In this document: piece by piece, positions 19,120 through 29,782 of the stretch | Numbering within the stretch: position 1 is the first letter of the stretch | How the letters are laid out: each line of letters starts with the position of its first letter | DNA from: Candidatus Azambacteria bacterium | GTDB taxonomy: Bacteria; Patescibacteriota; Minisyncoccia; UBA10092 | Direction of reading: 5' to 3' | Assembly (NCBI GenBank): GCA_016213445.1 | Contig: JACRAJ010000002.1 | Coordinates: forward strand, 36,780-100,779 | Length of the DNA stretch: 64,000 bases | Translations under genes and position numbers: made by a program | The notes under the pieces: generated by a model | Seen by the model: only the letters and a program-made list of their open reading frames with translations | Databases searched by the model: none | What the model was told of the DNA's origin: nothing

Positions 19120-19620
19120 TTATTCGTCGCAACAATCAACCAATTTATCCAGGATGTCGTTCAAAGTCCACGGCTTTTCATTTTTAGCTATTTCTTTAAC
19201 TGCCGGCATATCCAGCAGTTTCAAGCGCAAACCCCAAAAAATGGAATACAATTCTTTTGCTTTGCCGAATATTTCTTTAGCCTCCTCTTTTTTATTGTCG
19301 GAATAAAGTTTGGTGCCGACTTCAATTAAACGCATGGTTGTCGCCAATAAATGCTTTGAGGCGCACCAAGTTTCGCCCTCGTGTTCGCTTATTAATTTTC
19401 TTAACAGCGCCTTCCTCGCTTCTCTCGTTTCCAAAAGCCAATCCAAATATTCCGCTTTTCCGGTTTTGGCGCTGGTGAAGAAAAAATGCTCTTCAAGGGA
19501 AATAAGGTTCATCACGGCGATGCTCAAATCTTCTTCCATGGACAAATCAACTTCGCCGGATTTTTTCATCTGCTCGATTTTTTTTATCAGATCCTGAAAT
19601 TTTTTATTATTGTCATCCAT
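19120..19620 (-). CDS. Conserved hypothetical helical protein
   Basis: EDLSIAVMNLISLEEHFFF, WCASKHLL, C-terminal DCCDE. Confidence 0.7.
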   Translation of the reverse strand: MDDNNKKFQDLIKKIEQMKKSGEVDLSMEEDLSIAVMNLISLEEHFFFTSAKTGKAEYLDWLLETREARKALLRKLISEHEGETWCASKHLLATTMRLIEVGTKLYSDNKKEEAKEIFGKAKELYSIFWGLRLKLLDMPAVKEIAKNEKPWTLNDILDKLVDCCDE

Positions 19621-19626
19621 ATTTTT

Positions 19627-20307
19627 TTAAAGCATTAAAATTATAACGCCTAAAACAATCATTGCCAATCCGCTCAAAAACCTGATTTTGATTGTCTTGT
19701 TCTTTTGCCAGTTTTGGATTTTTTCAAGAAGCGTTTTGTTGCTCGCGGCGAATAACGCTATAAGAAGCGGAACTATAAAAATAAAATTATAAAACAAAAG
19801 ATAAAAAACACCCTTTAAATACACGGCGCCGCGATCGTGCAAAAATCCCAAAATCGTCAGATACGGGCCGCCGGTGCAGGGAAATTCGCTGATACCGACC
19901 AAAACGCCCAAAAGAAAGCCCGCGGGCGCCGAACCTTGTTCTATCAATTTTGCCATTCTTTGATGGGCGCCGGCGGGGATTTTTAGCTTTATCGGAAACG
20001 CGGGAAAAAATTCATTGATAATATTGACGGCGCCAAGGATAATTAAAATCAAAGCGCCGACTTTTGCCATAAAATGAGGCGCGCCGAAAAATTGGAGCGC
20101 CTGCATAATCCCGAAGCCTATCGAAACATAAACCAAATATATGCCGGCGATATACAAACCGCCTATTTTCAATATTTTCGGCCGCAAATCTCCCGCGCTG
20201 AATAAAAAAGCAACAGTAAGAAGCAATACCGAAAAGGCGCAAAAATTAACGCTGTCAATAATAGCCGCGGCCGCCACAAGCGGCAAAAATTCAACAAATG
20301 AAAACAT
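19627..20307 (-). CDS. CcdA/DsbD-like transmembrane redox protein
   Basis: DSVNFCAF and EFPCTGGPY conserved cysteines in TM segments. Confidence 0.85.
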   Translation of the reverse strand: MFSFVEFLPLVAAAAIIDSVNFCAFSVLLLTVAFLFSAGDLRPKILKIGGLYIAGIYLVYVSIGFGIMQALQFFGAPHFMAKVGALILIILGAVNIINEFFPAFPIKLKIPAGAHQRMAKLIEQGSAPAGFLLGVLVGISEFPCTGGPYLTILGFLHDRGAVYLKGVFYLLFYNFIFIVPLLIALFAASNKTLLEKIQNWQKNKTIKIRFLSGLAMIVLGVIILML

Positions 20308-20569
20308 TATTTCAGTCTCCCTCCTCTTCTTCGCCGTTTAATGGTTTGGGTAAAATTGAAAAATGCATACTTTGATTAAGTATAACCGATTATTTAAAAT
20401 TTTCCAAATTCCGGCCTGTTCTCATCGGTAAAACAAATTTATTAACAATTGCAAAAAACGCAATCCTAACACATATATTAAAAATATGCCAATTCACTGT
20501 CATGGTCACAAGCTGTTGAACCATTACGGCGAATTGCGTTTTTATTGTTTTATGCTATAATAGCAAAAC

Positions 20570-21760
20570 ATGAACCAATCTTCTGATTTTTATAATCTCG
20601 GTATCGCGCCTAATATTTTAGAAGCGCTAAAAAAGCTTAATTTCAAAATTCCCACGCCTATTCAGGAAAAATCCATCCCTCTGGCAATAGAGGGAAAAGA
20701 CATGATCGGCATTGCCCAAACAGGCACGGGAAAAACGCTGGCCTTTGGGGCGCCTATGATCCAGGCGGCTCTTCGCGGCAATAAAGGACTTGTTGTGTTG
20801 CCGACGCGAGAGCTCGCGTTTCAAGTTAATGAAGTCTTCCGCAAAATCGGATCCCCTCTCGGTGTTCGAACGGCGGTTTTAATCGGCGGCGAATCCGTTA
20901 ATCGCCAAATCCAGTCGCTTCGCGCAAACCCGCAAATTATAATCGGCACTCCGGGACGGATTATCGACCACTTGGAACAAAAAACTGTTTCGCTCGGATC
21001 AATCGCCGTTTTAGTGTTAGACGAGGCGGACCGAATGCTCGATATGGGTTTTGCGCCGCAATTAAAACGAATATTGCATGCATTGCCCCGCAATCGGCAA
21101 ACTATGCTTTTTTCGGCGACGATGCCAAAAGATATTCTTGATATAGCGCAGGCATATATGAAACTTCCCGTTCGCATTGAAGTTGCCCCGCCGGGCACTC
21201 CAGCCGCAAAAATCACTCAAGAACTTTTTTTCTTGGAGAAACAGGATAAGCCGCGGCTTCTTCCGAAAATTCTTGATGAATACCGCGGATCAATACTTAT
21301 ATTCTCGCGAACAAAACACGGCGCCAGAAAAATTGCGCAAGGCATCCGAACGCTTGGCCATACCGCGGCTGAAATTCATTCCAACAGATCATTAAACCAG
21401 CGCAGAGAGGCGCTCGACGGATTTAGAAACGGAAAATACAGAATTCTTGTCGCAACCGACATCGCCGCTCGCGGTATAGATGTGAAAGGGATTGAACTTG
21501 TTTTAAACTACGACCTTCCTCAACACCCGGAAGACTACGTTCATCGTATTGGACGGACCGGCCGGGTGGGCGGCATCGGCCATGCCATTTCTTTCGCCAC
21601 CCCCGATCAGAAAAGCGACGTGCGAGAAATCGAACGTCTTATCCGCGCAACATTGCCCCTGTCCGCATTGCCAAAAATACTGCCTGTCCGGATGTCTTTA
21701 ACCGCGCCAAAACCATCAGTTCCCGCCAATCACCGCCGCCATCGCAGACATTATTCGTAA
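20570..21760 (+). CDS. DEAD-box RNA helicase
   Basis: AQTGTGKT, PTRELA, DEAD, SAT, ARGID, HRIGRTGR. Confidence 0.97.
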   Translation: MNQSSDFYNLGIAPNILEALKKLNFKIPTPIQEKSIPLAIEGKDMIGIAQTGTGKTLAFGAPMIQAALRGNKGLVVLPTRELAFQVNEVFRKIGSPLGVRTAVLIGGESVNRQIQSLRANPQIIIGTPGRIIDHLEQKTVSLGSIAVLVLDEADRMLDMGFAPQLKRILHALPRNRQTMLFSATMPKDILDIAQAYMKLPVRIEVAPPGTPAAKITQELFFLEKQDKPRLLPKILDEYRGSILIFSRTKHGARKIAQGIRTLGHTAAEIHSNRSLNQRREALDGFRNGKYRILVATDIAARGIDVKGIELVLNYDLPQHPEDYVHRIGRTGRVGGIGHAISFATPDQKSDVREIERLIRATLPLSALPKILPVRMSLTAPKPSVPANHRRHRRHYS

Positions 21761-21771
21761 AAAACTTTTTG

Positions 21772-21842
21772 CTGCGGGACAGGGACTCGAACCCCAGTTT
21801 TCGCATTCAGAGTGCGACGTCCTACCACTAGACGATCCCGCA
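21772..21842 (-). tRNA. tRNA-Gln(CUG)
   Basis: Cloverleaf tgcgggatcgtctagtggtaggacgtcgcact-CTG-aatgcga...ggttcgagtcc. Confidence 0.95.
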
Positions 21843-21927
21843 AATTAAAAAATAAAACAAAATAAAATCGCTGTATACACAGGGATTTTAACATTAAATT
21901 GCCGAAAAATCAATTGAAATCGCGAGG

Positions 21928-22836
21928 TTAAATCTTCAAATATTTTCTCATCGCGAACCAGCTGGAAAATACGCCCAGGGCGACGCCGCCCAATGTTTGG
22001 AAAAACAAAAGCGACCAAAAATTGCTGCCAACGTAATTCACCAAATTTATTTCCGGAATGAAACTAAGAAGCTTCGGCCCGATAAAGCCGATGCCGGATA
22101 CAACCACAGCAAAAGAAAAAGCGGAAGCAATCGCGCCGTGTAAAACGCCTTCAATAAGAAAAGGCCCCCTTACGAACCGATTGGAAGCGCCGACCAATTT
22201 CATCACCGTAATCTCCTCTCGCGAAGAATAAATCGCCAGCCGCACGGTGTTGAAAGCCACTAAAAAAGCGATAAAAGCCAAAATAACGCCGGCCAGAAAG
22301 CCGCTCTCTCTCAAAACCCTGATAATATTGTTCAACCGGTCAATAACGAGTTTATTTTCCGTATAATTGATCTTGCTAACAACATTTTTAAATTGGTCCT
22401 GATTTAAAAAAGAATTTATGGCGGTATATTGAGTCGAGTCTTTCGCCAAAATGTTCAAGCTGGCTTCGAGAGGGTTGTCGCCCAATTCGTCAACCGATTT
22501 AAGCAAAACTTCGTCGCCGGTATGGCGGCTTTTGAAAATTTTCAAAGCCTGGTCCCTGGAGATATATTCAACGTTCGCCACTTCGCCCAGTCCCTCAAGT
22601 TTTGATTTTAAAGTTAAAATGTCAGATTCTTTGGCGTTTAAATTGAAATAAACGCTGACATCGACTTTCTCCGACAAGACATTCAAAACCGAAGTTAAAA
22701 CCACGTTTGAAAGAAAAACGCTGGTCCAGGTGACAAGAGAGATGGTTATTATTAAAATTGTCGCCGCCGACAGCCAGCCGTTGCGCCAAAAATTAATCAA
22801 TCCCGATTTTATTATTCTTGATAATTTAACAAACAT
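21928..22836 (-). CDS. ftsX: Cell division permease FtsX
   Basis: NTVRLAIYSSREEITVMKLVGAS..FVRGPFLIEG. Confidence 0.95.
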   Translation of the reverse strand: MFVKLSRIIKSGLINFWRNGWLSAATILIITISLVTWTSVFLSNVVLTSVLNVLSEKVDVSVYFNLNAKESDILTLKSKLEGLGEVANVEYISRDQALKIFKSRHTGDEVLLKSVDELGDNPLEASLNILAKDSTQYTAINSFLNQDQFKNVVSKINYTENKLVIDRLNNIIRVLRESGFLAGVILAFIAFLVAFNTVRLAIYSSREEITVMKLVGASNRFVRGPFLIEGVLHGAIASAFSFAVVVSGIGFIGPKLLSFIPEINLVNYVGSNFWSLLFFQTLGGVALGVFSSWFAMRKYLKI

Positions 22837-22840
22837 AAAA

Positions 22841-23524
22841 TTAGCTTAAAATATATCTTCCGGGATTTTCATCTCTTATCACCGAGCCATTTTCCAAACT
22901 GACAACCCTTTTTTCAAGGGCGTTGATAATTTCCTTGTCATGGGTGGCTAAAATAACCGTAGTCCCCAATTCGTTGATTTTCAAAAGTAAACGAATAATG
23001 TCCCAAGTGTTGATGGGATCCAAATTTCCGGTCGGCTCGTCGGCGACGATAACGCTGGGTCGGTGCACCAAAGCCCGGGCAATCGCCACTCTTTGTTTTT
23101 CCCCGCCGGAAAGTTGTTTCGGAAAATTATTCATCTTGTCTTTCAAGCCGACCAAATCCAAAACCTTGGGAACATCGCTTTTTATTTCCTCATCGCTTTT
23201 GCCGGCAACTTCCATCGCAAAAGCCACGTTTTCATAAGCGGTCTTTTTCGGCAACAATTTAAAATCCTGAAAAACGGCGCCGATTTGCCGCCGCAAAAAA
23301 GGCAGCTCATTGGGCCGCATTTTTAAAATATCCTGTGTGTCGAAAAAAATTTTGCCGTGAGTCGGTTTTTCTTCGGCGATCAAAAGTTTGAGCAAAGTCG
23401 ATTTGCCCGCCCCCGATCGTCCGACAAGCGACAAAAATTCCTGCGGCTTAACTTCAAAACTTACGCTTCGAAGCGCCACCGAATGGCTGTTGTAGATTTT
23501 GCTGATGTTTTCGAATCGAATCAT
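22841..23524 (-). CDS. ftsE: Cell division ATP-binding protein FtsE
   Basis: GRSGAGKST, VFQDFKLL, LSGGEKQRVAIARA, ADEPTGNLD. Confidence 0.96.
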   Translation of the reverse strand: MIRFENISKIYNSHSVALRSVSFEVKPQEFLSLVGRSGAGKSTLLKLLIAEEKPTHGKIFFDTQDILKMRPNELPFLRRQIGAVFQDFKLLPKKTAYENVAFAMEVAGKSDEEIKSDVPKVLDLVGLKDKMNNFPKQLSGGEKQRVAIARALVHRPSVIVADEPTGNLDPINTWDIIRLLLKINELGTTVILATHDKEIINALEKRVVSLENGSVIRDENPGRYILS

Positions 23525-23655
23525 GGTATGCAACCATTTTATCAAAAAAACTTTCCACAAGCAATTTTTGACTCCGCCGCGCTTTATGGCAAATATAATT
23601 TTTGCGTGTTATTGTTTATAAATTAGCACATTAAAAAATAAAGGAGGCGGTTGTT

Positions 23656-24759
23656 ATGCTGGAAATTAAAGAAAAAAAGATTGCCGCGCCGATTATTCAG
23701 GGCGGAATGGGTGTGGGAGTGTCTTTGGCGCCGCTGGCCGGCGCCGTCGCGAAAGAAGGCGGCGCGGGAATAATTTCCAGCGCCTGTTTGGATATAATCG
23801 CGTCAAAAAGAACCAAGCGCAAAGTTGGAATTTACGAGGCGATATGTATTGAAATCAGCAACGCTAAAAATATGAGCGGCGGCGGCATTATCGGAATCAA
23901 TATTATGTTTGCGCTTGCTAAAGATTTTGAAAATTCGGTGCGAGCGGCAATCGATGCCGGCGCGGATATGATTATTTCCGGCGCGGGATTGCCGTTGAAT
24001 TTGCCAAAAATCCAAAACCCGAAAAATACGGGATTGATTCCCATTGTTTCTTCGGCGCGCGCTTTGGATTTGATTTGTAAAAAATGGGAAAGGGCGGGCT
24101 ACCAGCCCGACGCGGTTGTTTTGGAAGGCCCGCTTGCCGGCGGCCATTTGGGATTTAAGATGGAAGCGATTGATCTTGAAGAAAACATTCTTGAAAATCT
24201 TTTGGGACCGGTTAAAGACATCGCTAAAAAATACGGAGATTTTCCCGTGATAGTCGCCGGAGGTGTTTTTGATTCCGGCGACATTAATAAGTTTCTGGAA
24301 ATGGGCGCCGACGGCGTCCAAATGGGAACAAGATTTTTGGCTACGGAAGAAAGCAGCGCCACGCCGGAATACAAACAAGCAGTTTTATCGGCAAAACAGG
24401 AAGATATTCTTGTGGCGGACGGCATACTGTATCCGGGTTCTCCCTGCGGATTGCCGTTTCGGGTTATAAGGCAATCCCCTATGTTCATTTCTTCTTTAAA
24501 ACAATCTCGTGCGCCAAAATGCAGTAGAGGATATGTTTTGCAAAGAGACGAAGCGGGAAATTTTACCCGCTGTTCCGCGAAAGAAAACAATAAAAATTTC
24601 TTTTGCGTATGCAACGGGTTGATAAGCTCGGCCGGATACGAGCCGAACGAAGAACCTCTCTACACCGTAGGCGCCAATGCTTACAGGATAAACAAAATTT
24701 TAAAAGTTAAGGATTTGATGAACGAGCTCAAATCCGGATTAAAACAACAAACTCGCTAA
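23656..24759 (+). CDS. Nitronate monooxygenase/FabK-like flavoprotein
   Basis: PIIQGGMGVGVS, SGAGLP, EGPLAGGHLG, VQMGTRF; strong AGGAGG RBS. Confidence 0.9.
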   Translation: MLEIKEKKIAAPIIQGGMGVGVSLAPLAGAVAKEGGAGIISSACLDIIASKRTKRKVGIYEAICIEISNAKNMSGGGIIGINIMFALAKDFENSVRAAIDAGADMIISGAGLPLNLPKIQNPKNTGLIPIVSSARALDLICKKWERAGYQPDAVVLEGPLAGGHLGFKMEAIDLEENILENLLGPVKDIAKKYGDFPVIVAGGVFDSGDINKFLEMGADGVQMGTRFLATEESSATPEYKQAVLSAKQEDILVADGILYPGSPCGLPFRVIRQSPMFISSLKQSRAPKCSRGYVLQRDEAGNFTRCSAKENNKNFFCVCNGLISSAGYEPNEEPLYTVGANAYRINKILKVKDLMNELKSGLKQQTR

Positions 24760-24783
24760 ATCAAACATTTAGCGAGTTTTTTT
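24749..24783 (+). terminator. Intrinsic terminator
   Basis: aaactcgctaaat...atttagcgagttt followed by T run. Confidence 0.7.
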
Positions 24784-24803
24784 ATTTCCACGGCGCGGAT
24801 TTT

Positions 24804-25775
24804 TTATATTTTACGGGACTCAAACCATTCAATTGTTCGTCTCAACCCCTCGTCAAAATTTACCGCCGGATTGTAACCCAACAATTTTTTAGCTTTGGAA
24901 ATATCGGCGCGAGTGTGCACCACATCCCCCAATCTCGGCGGACGTTTTTCCAAATCAAGTTTTTTGTTTGTGTATTTCTCTATTGAATTTTTTATCTCGT
25001 TGATTTTTACCCGGTTTCCAAGCGCGATATTAAATGCCTCTCCATTAAAATTCTTCTTTGATTCCATGGCCGAAATATTTGCCGAAACCACATTATCTAT
25101 ATGGCAGAAATCTCTTGATTGATTGCCATTGCCCTCAATAAAGGCTTTTTCCTTTCTCGGAAAATACAATGATTCCAGCCAAGCGGATATAACCGTGGAG
25201 TAAGGAGAATCTCCATATTGGCCGGGTCCGAAAACGTTAAAGTATCGAAGACATACGGTATCCAGTCCGAATAATTCGCTGAATATTCTGCAGAAATGCT
25301 CGCCTGCGTATTTTTGAACGGCGTAAGGAGATTTCGGGTTGGAATTTTCGGATTCTCTCGTCGGCAATTTCTTTGTGGCGCCATAAACAGCGGAAGAAGA
25401 GGAATAGATAAATCTTTTCACGCCATGATTTTTTGAAGACTCCAAAAGCGCGACTGTTCCGACAATATTAACTTCGCTGGTATGGCGCGGATGCTCAACC
25501 GAATAAGAAACTCTCGGCAACGCGGCGAAATGAAAAACATATTCGGGTTTATGTTCGGAAAAAATTTTTTCCAAAAGATTTTCGTTCAAAATTGATCCTT
25601 TGTAAAAAACAATTGACGGTTCAACCGCGTCCTTTCTTCCGGTTGAAAAATCATCAATGCCTACAATTTTAGTTTTTGGAAATTTTTTCCTAAACTGATG
25701 CGCAAAATTACTTCCAATAAAGCCGGCGCAACCGGTTACTAAAATTGTTTTTGGAATTGTTTTCGGATTAGCCAT
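24804..25775 (-). CDS. NAD-dependent nucleotide-sugar epimerase/dehydratase
   Basis: TGCAGFIG, SSSAVYG, YAVQK, LRYFNVFGP; start at 25775 because the longer ORF runs into tRNA. Confidence 0.93.
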   Translation of the reverse strand: MANPKTIPKTILVTGCAGFIGSNFAHQFRKKFPKTKIVGIDDFSTGRKDAVEPSIVFYKGSILNENLLEKIFSEHKPEYVFHFAALPRVSYSVEHPRHTSEVNIVGTVALLESSKNHGVKRFIYSSSSAVYGATKKLPTRESENSNPKSPYAVQKYAGEHFCRIFSELFGLDTVCLRYFNVFGPGQYGDSPYSTVISAWLESLYFPRKEKAFIEGNGNQSRDFCHIDNVVSANISAMESKKNFNGEAFNIALGNRVKINEIKNSIEKYTNKKLDLEKRPPRLGDVVHTRADISKAKKLLGYNPAVNFDEGLRRTIEWFESRKI

Positions 25776-25788
25776 AAATTTTATGAAT

Positions 25789-26029
25789 TGGTGCGCCCTG
25801 AAGGATTCGAACCTTCGTCCGGGGTTGTTTATCTCACATAATTTCAAACTGCGCCCTGAAGGATTCGAACCTTCGACCATCTCCTTAAAAGGGAGTTGCT
25901 CTACCGGGCTGAGCTAAGGGCGCAGTTTGAAATTATATTTTTTATGGAACAACCCGTTGAAAGTAATACTATTACTTTCAACCCATCTCCTTAAAAGGGA
26001 GTTGCTCTACCGGGCTGAGCTAAGGGCGC
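25789..26029 (-). other. Interrupted 'outer' tRNA-Lys(UUU): 5' part 26029-25983, 3' part with CCA 25817-25789, 165-nt insert
   Basis: Both parts are identical to the inner tRNA; the break is in the variable loop. Confidence 0.85.
25850..25923 (-). tRNA. tRNA-Lys(UUU), intact inner copy, no encoded CCA
   Basis: gcgcccttagctcagcccggtagagcaactccct-TTT-aaggagatggtcgaaggttcgaatccttcagggcgca. Confidence 0.95.
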
Positions 26030-26032
26030 GCG

Positions 26033-26551
26033 TTAATTTTTTTCAAACCAGTAAAGCGCCAATATGGGTAAAATAAGCCAGACAAAATGAGAGATAACCG
26101 AGCCGAACAACAATTTCGTCAATGGAGCCAGTTTAAACGCTTCTTCGTTTAATTTCAAGGCATAACCGAATATTATATTAGCCCAAAAACCCACATTCAA
26201 AAAACTCAAGAATATCACTTGGCCGGTTTTTTTGTTGATTTCTTTCCTTGAAAAACCGGCTTTGCTAAAAATCCAAAAAACAAAAAAAACCAAAACAAAA
26301 AAGCCGAATGAGTTGAGAAATAAAGTCTGGGATGCGTTGAGACTCTCAAAAAATCGCCGGGGATAAGGCAGGTATTCGCCTATCAATGCCGCCGGATAAG
26401 AAGCCGCCAGAAGAATTATCATTCGATTGCGCCCGACCACAAGACCGTAAACAAAAACCGCAAAAAAGAAAAAAAGCAGAAGCAATATATCCCAAGCGGG
26501 ATTGCTTAAAAATGAATTGCCCGTTGCTTTCAATATACTTAAATAATCCAC
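26033..26551 (-). CDS. Membrane protein
   Basis: ~5 hydrophobic segments; follows dnaJ. Confidence 0.65.
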   Translation of the reverse strand: MDYLSILKATGNSFLSNPAWDILLLLFFFFAVFVYGLVVGRNRMIILLAASYPAALIGEYLPYPRRFFESLNASQTLFLNSFGFFVLVFFVFWIFSKAGFSRKEINKKTGQVIFLSFLNVGFWANIIFGYALKLNEEAFKLAPLTKLLFGSVISHFVWLILPILALYWFEKN

Positions 26552-26559
26552 GATTTATT

Positions 26560-27189
26560 TTAATTTTTAATTTCTTTTTTCAACTCTTCAAGCAATTCTC
26601 TCGCTTTCCTGGAAATATTTTTTGGCGTTTTTACGCTCATTACAAAAATTATATCACCATTCTTGCCGTGGTGCACCAAAGCTTCGCCGTTTTGAATGCC
26701 GGCCGGAATTTTTAATTTCAATCTTTCTCCCCTTACCGAAACTTCAACGTCGCCGCCCAAAGCCGCGGTCGCGAAATCCACGCTTAGCGTAGTTTGAATC
26801 GTTGGCCAGGCGCGGCCGAAGCCGCCGCCAAAAAAGTCTCCAAATCCCCCTCGACCGGAACCGCCGCCGCGGCTTTGGCGGCCAAAACCGAAAAGCTCTT
26901 CCAAAATATCCGACAAACCGCCCATATCCCCGCCAAAACCACCGTATGAATATCCTCCTCCGCCCGCGCCCGGAGCGCCATCAAAAGTCTGTCCGAACCT
27001 GTCGTATTGTTCTTTTTTTTGCTTGTTGCCCAGAACCTGATAGGCTTCATTTATTTCTTTGAATTTCGCGTCGCCGCCGCCATTTTTGTCGGGATGATAC
27101 TGGTGCGCCAATTTTCTGTAAGCGCGCTTTATTTCTTCTTCGCTCGCGCTTTCAGTCACTCCCAAAATTTCATAGTAATTTTTAGGCAT
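26560..27189 (-). CDS. dnaJ: Short J-domain chaperone (DnaJ/CbpA-like, no zinc finger)
   Basis: YYEILGV, HPD motif, G/F-rich linker, single C-terminal domain. Confidence 0.88.
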   Translation of the reverse strand: MPKNYYEILGVTESASEEEIKRAYRKLAHQYHPDKNGGGDAKFKEINEAYQVLGNKQKKEQYDRFGQTFDGAPGAGGGGYSYGGFGGDMGGLSDILEELFGFGRQSRGGGSGRGGFGDFFGGGFGRAWPTIQTTLSVDFATAALGGDVEVSVRGERLKLKIPAGIQNGEALVHHGKNGDIIFVMSVKTPKNISRKARELLEELKKEIKN

Positions 27190-27224
27190 TGTTTAATGAT
27201 ATGCGACATACAATATGTAACATA

Positions 27225-29096
27225 TTATTTATTATTTTCTGTTTTTTTATCCTCCGCTTCTTCTTTCTTGTCGCTTGTCTCTTGTTGCTTGTCGCTGGGT
27301 TGGTACATCGCTTGGCCGATTTTTTGGATCTCGGTCGACAATTCCTGCGAAGATTTTTTAATCGCTTCGATGTCGCCGCCATCTTTTATCTTTTTAAGCG
27401 TCTCGATTTTTTCTTCAATTGATTTTTTATCCTCCGGCTTTATCTTGTCGCCGGCGTCTTTTACCGCTTTTTCGGACATATAAACCAGCGATTCGGCGGA
27501 ATTTTTTATTTCCACTTCTTCTTTTTTCTTCGCATCTTCCTGCGCGTGAAGTTCCGCCTCTTTTTTCATTTTTTCGATTTCTTCCTTCGACAATCCAGTT
27601 GAAGCGGTAATGGTTATCGCTTGTTTTTTCCCCGTGGCTTTATCAACCGCGGAAACATTTAAAATGCCGTTGGCGTCGATATCGAAAGAAACTTCGATTT
27701 GGGGCACGCCTCTTTGCGCCGGCGGAATGCCGTCCAAAATGAATTTGCCGAGAGTTTTGTTGTCCGCCGCCATCGGGCGTTCGCCTTGAAGAATATGAAT
27801 TTCAACTTGCGGCTGGTTGTCGGCCGCGGTTGAAAATGTTTGCGTTTTGGCGGTCGGAACGGTTGTGTTTTTGGCGATCATCGGCGTGGCAATATTGCCC
27901 ATGGTTTCGATGCCCAACGTAAGAGGGGTAACGTCCAAAAGCAAAATGTCGCGCACGTCGCCCTGTAAAACTCCGCCTTGCACCGCGGCGCCAAGCGCCA
28001 CCACCTCGTCGGGATTGATTCCTTTGTGCGGTTCCTTGCCGAAAAGATTTTTCACCGCTTCGGAAATCGCCGGCATTCTTGTTTGGCCGCCAACCAAAAC
28101 CACTTCATCGATATCGCCCAAAGAAAATCCGGCCTCTTTTACGGCCTGTTTGGTTAATTCAATTGAAGCGGCGATAAAATCGTGAATCAATTCTTCCAGT
28201 TTCGCCCGCGTAATTTTGGAAACAAAATGTTTCGGGCCCGTTGCGTCGGAACTGATAAACGGCAAATTGATTTCCGTTTCAAGCGCCGTTGAAAGCTCGT
28301 GTTTGGCTTTTTCGGCCGCTTCTTTGAGACGCGCTAAAGCCATCGCGTCTTTCGACAAATCAATTCCCTGATCTTTTTTGAATATTTCAACGAGATAATT
28401 GGTAATGCGCTGGTCAAAATCGTCGCCGCCCAAATGCGTGTCGCCGCCGGTGGCTTTGACTTCAATGGTGTCGTCTCCTATTTCCAAAACTGAAACATCG
28501 AAAGTGCCGCCGCCAAAATCGTAAACCACAATCTGTTCCGATTTTTTCTTATCCAACCCATACGCCAAAGCCGCGGCAGTGGGTTCATTAATAATCCTTA
28601 AAACTTTAAGCCCGGCGACTTCTCCGGCGTTTTTTGTCGCTTGCCTTTGGGAATCGTCGAAATAAGCCGGCACCGTGATAACGGCTTCGGTGATTTTTTC
28701 TCCGAGTTTTTCTTCCGCGTCTTGTTTCAATTTTTGCAAAACCATCGCCGAAATTTCCTCCGGCCGATACCATTTGCCGCCCATTCCGACTTCCACGCCG
28801 CCGGAACCGGATTGCCGAATTTTATAGGGAAACCATTTCTCATCGCGCCTCACTTCCGGATCATCCCATCTGCGGCCGATCAATCTCTTCATCGAGAAAA
28901 CAGTGTTTTCCGGATTAATCACCGCTTGACGCTTCGCCAAAAGCCCAACCAAGCGCTCGCCGTTTTTAGCCGTCGCCGCCATTGAAGGCGCGGTTCTGTT
29001 GCCTTCTTTGTTTTCAATTATTTTCGGTTCGCCGCCTTCGACAACGGCCATCGCCGAATTAGTTGTCCCCAAATCTATACCCAGTATCTTACTCAT
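27225..29096 (-). CDS. dnaK: Chaperone DnaK
   Basis: [30 protein letters not shown]. Confidence 0.99.
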   Translation of the reverse strand: MSKILGIDLGTTNSAMAVVEGGEPKIIENKEGNRTAPSMAATAKNGERLVGLLAKRQAVINPENTVFSMKRLIGRRWDDPEVRRDEKWFPYKIRQSGSGGVEVGMGGKWYRPEEISAMVLQKLKQDAEEKLGEKITEAVITVPAYFDDSQRQATKNAGEVAGLKVLRIINEPTAAALAYGLDKKKSEQIVVYDFGGGTFDVSVLEIGDDTIEVKATGGDTHLGGDDFDQRITNYLVEIFKKDQGIDLSKDAMALARLKEAAEKAKHELSTALETEINLPFISSDATGPKHFVSKITRAKLEELIHDFIAASIELTKQAVKEAGFSLGDIDEVVLVGGQTRMPAISEAVKNLFGKEPHKGINPDEVVALGAAVQGGVLQGDVRDILLLDVTPLTLGIETMGNIATPMIAKNTTVPTAKTQTFSTAADNQPQVEIHILQGERPMAADNKTLGKFILDGIPPAQRGVPQIEVSFDIDANGILNVSAVDKATGKKQAITITASTGLSKEEIEKMKKEAELHAQEDAKKKEEVEIKNSAESLVYMSEKAVKDAGDKIKPEDKKSIEEKIETLKKIKDGGDIEAIKKSSQELSTEIQKIGQAMYQPSDKQQETSDKKEEAEDKKTENNK

Positions 29097-29149
29097 AATT
29101 TTATATCGATTATTTTATTTATTAATTGTTTAACTCAATTTCGACACTT

Positions 29150-29268
29150 AATTTTCAATTTCTAATTTTCAATTTTCAATCAATGTTTCAATTTTCTAAT
29201 GTTTTAATTTTGAAAATTAATTAATTAAAAATTCATTGGAAATTATAAATTGAGAATTGAAAATTTTT
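29150..29268. repeat. Degenerate heptanucleotide repeat arrays in inverted orientation
   Basis: (aattttc)n facing (gaaaatt)n between grpE and dnaK. Confidence 0.75.
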
Positions 29269-29782
29269 ATTTATACACTTTCACTTTCGCGGGACGGAGA
29301 ATTTCGCCTTTTATTGAATATCCTTTTTGCAATTCTTCCGCGATTGTTCCGGCTTCGCCTCCTTCAACCGACTCAACCGCTTCATGTTCCAACGGATCAA
29401 ATTTTTCACCGGCGGCTTTTACAGTTTCAATTCCCTGCGCCGCCAAAAAATCTTCAAACTGCTTCCTGATGCCGCCGATGCCTTCAACCCAATTTTCTTT
29501 CATTATATTTTCGGGAATACTGCCAAACGCTTTATCAAAACTGTCCATAATTCCTAAAAGAGGCAGAATAAAAACTTTCGACATCCACGCTTTAATCTCG
29601 TTATTTTGCGCCTCCATTTCTTTTTTCAGGTTCAGATAATCCGCTTTGGCGCGCTTCCACCCGTTCAGATATTCGTCGGACTGCTTGCGCAAATTCTCAA
29701 TTTCCAGTTTTAAATTTTCAATTTCGGTTGTATTTTCCTCCTTCGCTGAAGCTACGGAGGACGCGTTATTTTCTTCGTTCAT
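29267..29782 (-). CDS. grpE: Nucleotide exchange factor GrpE
   Basis: RAKADYLN, FDPLEHEAV, QKGY...LRPAKVKV. Confidence 0.96.
   Translation of the reverse strand: MNEENNASSVASAKEENTTEIENLKLEIENLRKQSDEYLNGWKRAKADYLNLKKEMEAQNNEIKAWMSKVFILPLLGIMDSFDKAFGSIPENIMKENWVEGIGGIRKQFEDFLAAQGIETVKAAGEKFDPLEHEAVESVEGGEAGTIAEELQKGYSIKGEILRPAKVKVYK

Noticed and set aside
20490..20536. Imperfect hairpin upstream of DEAD-box helicase
   Set aside because: Single, weak, and no recognisable motif
25776..25880. N-terminal extension of the epimerase ORF
   Set aside because: It is translated tRNA sequence; the real start is 25775
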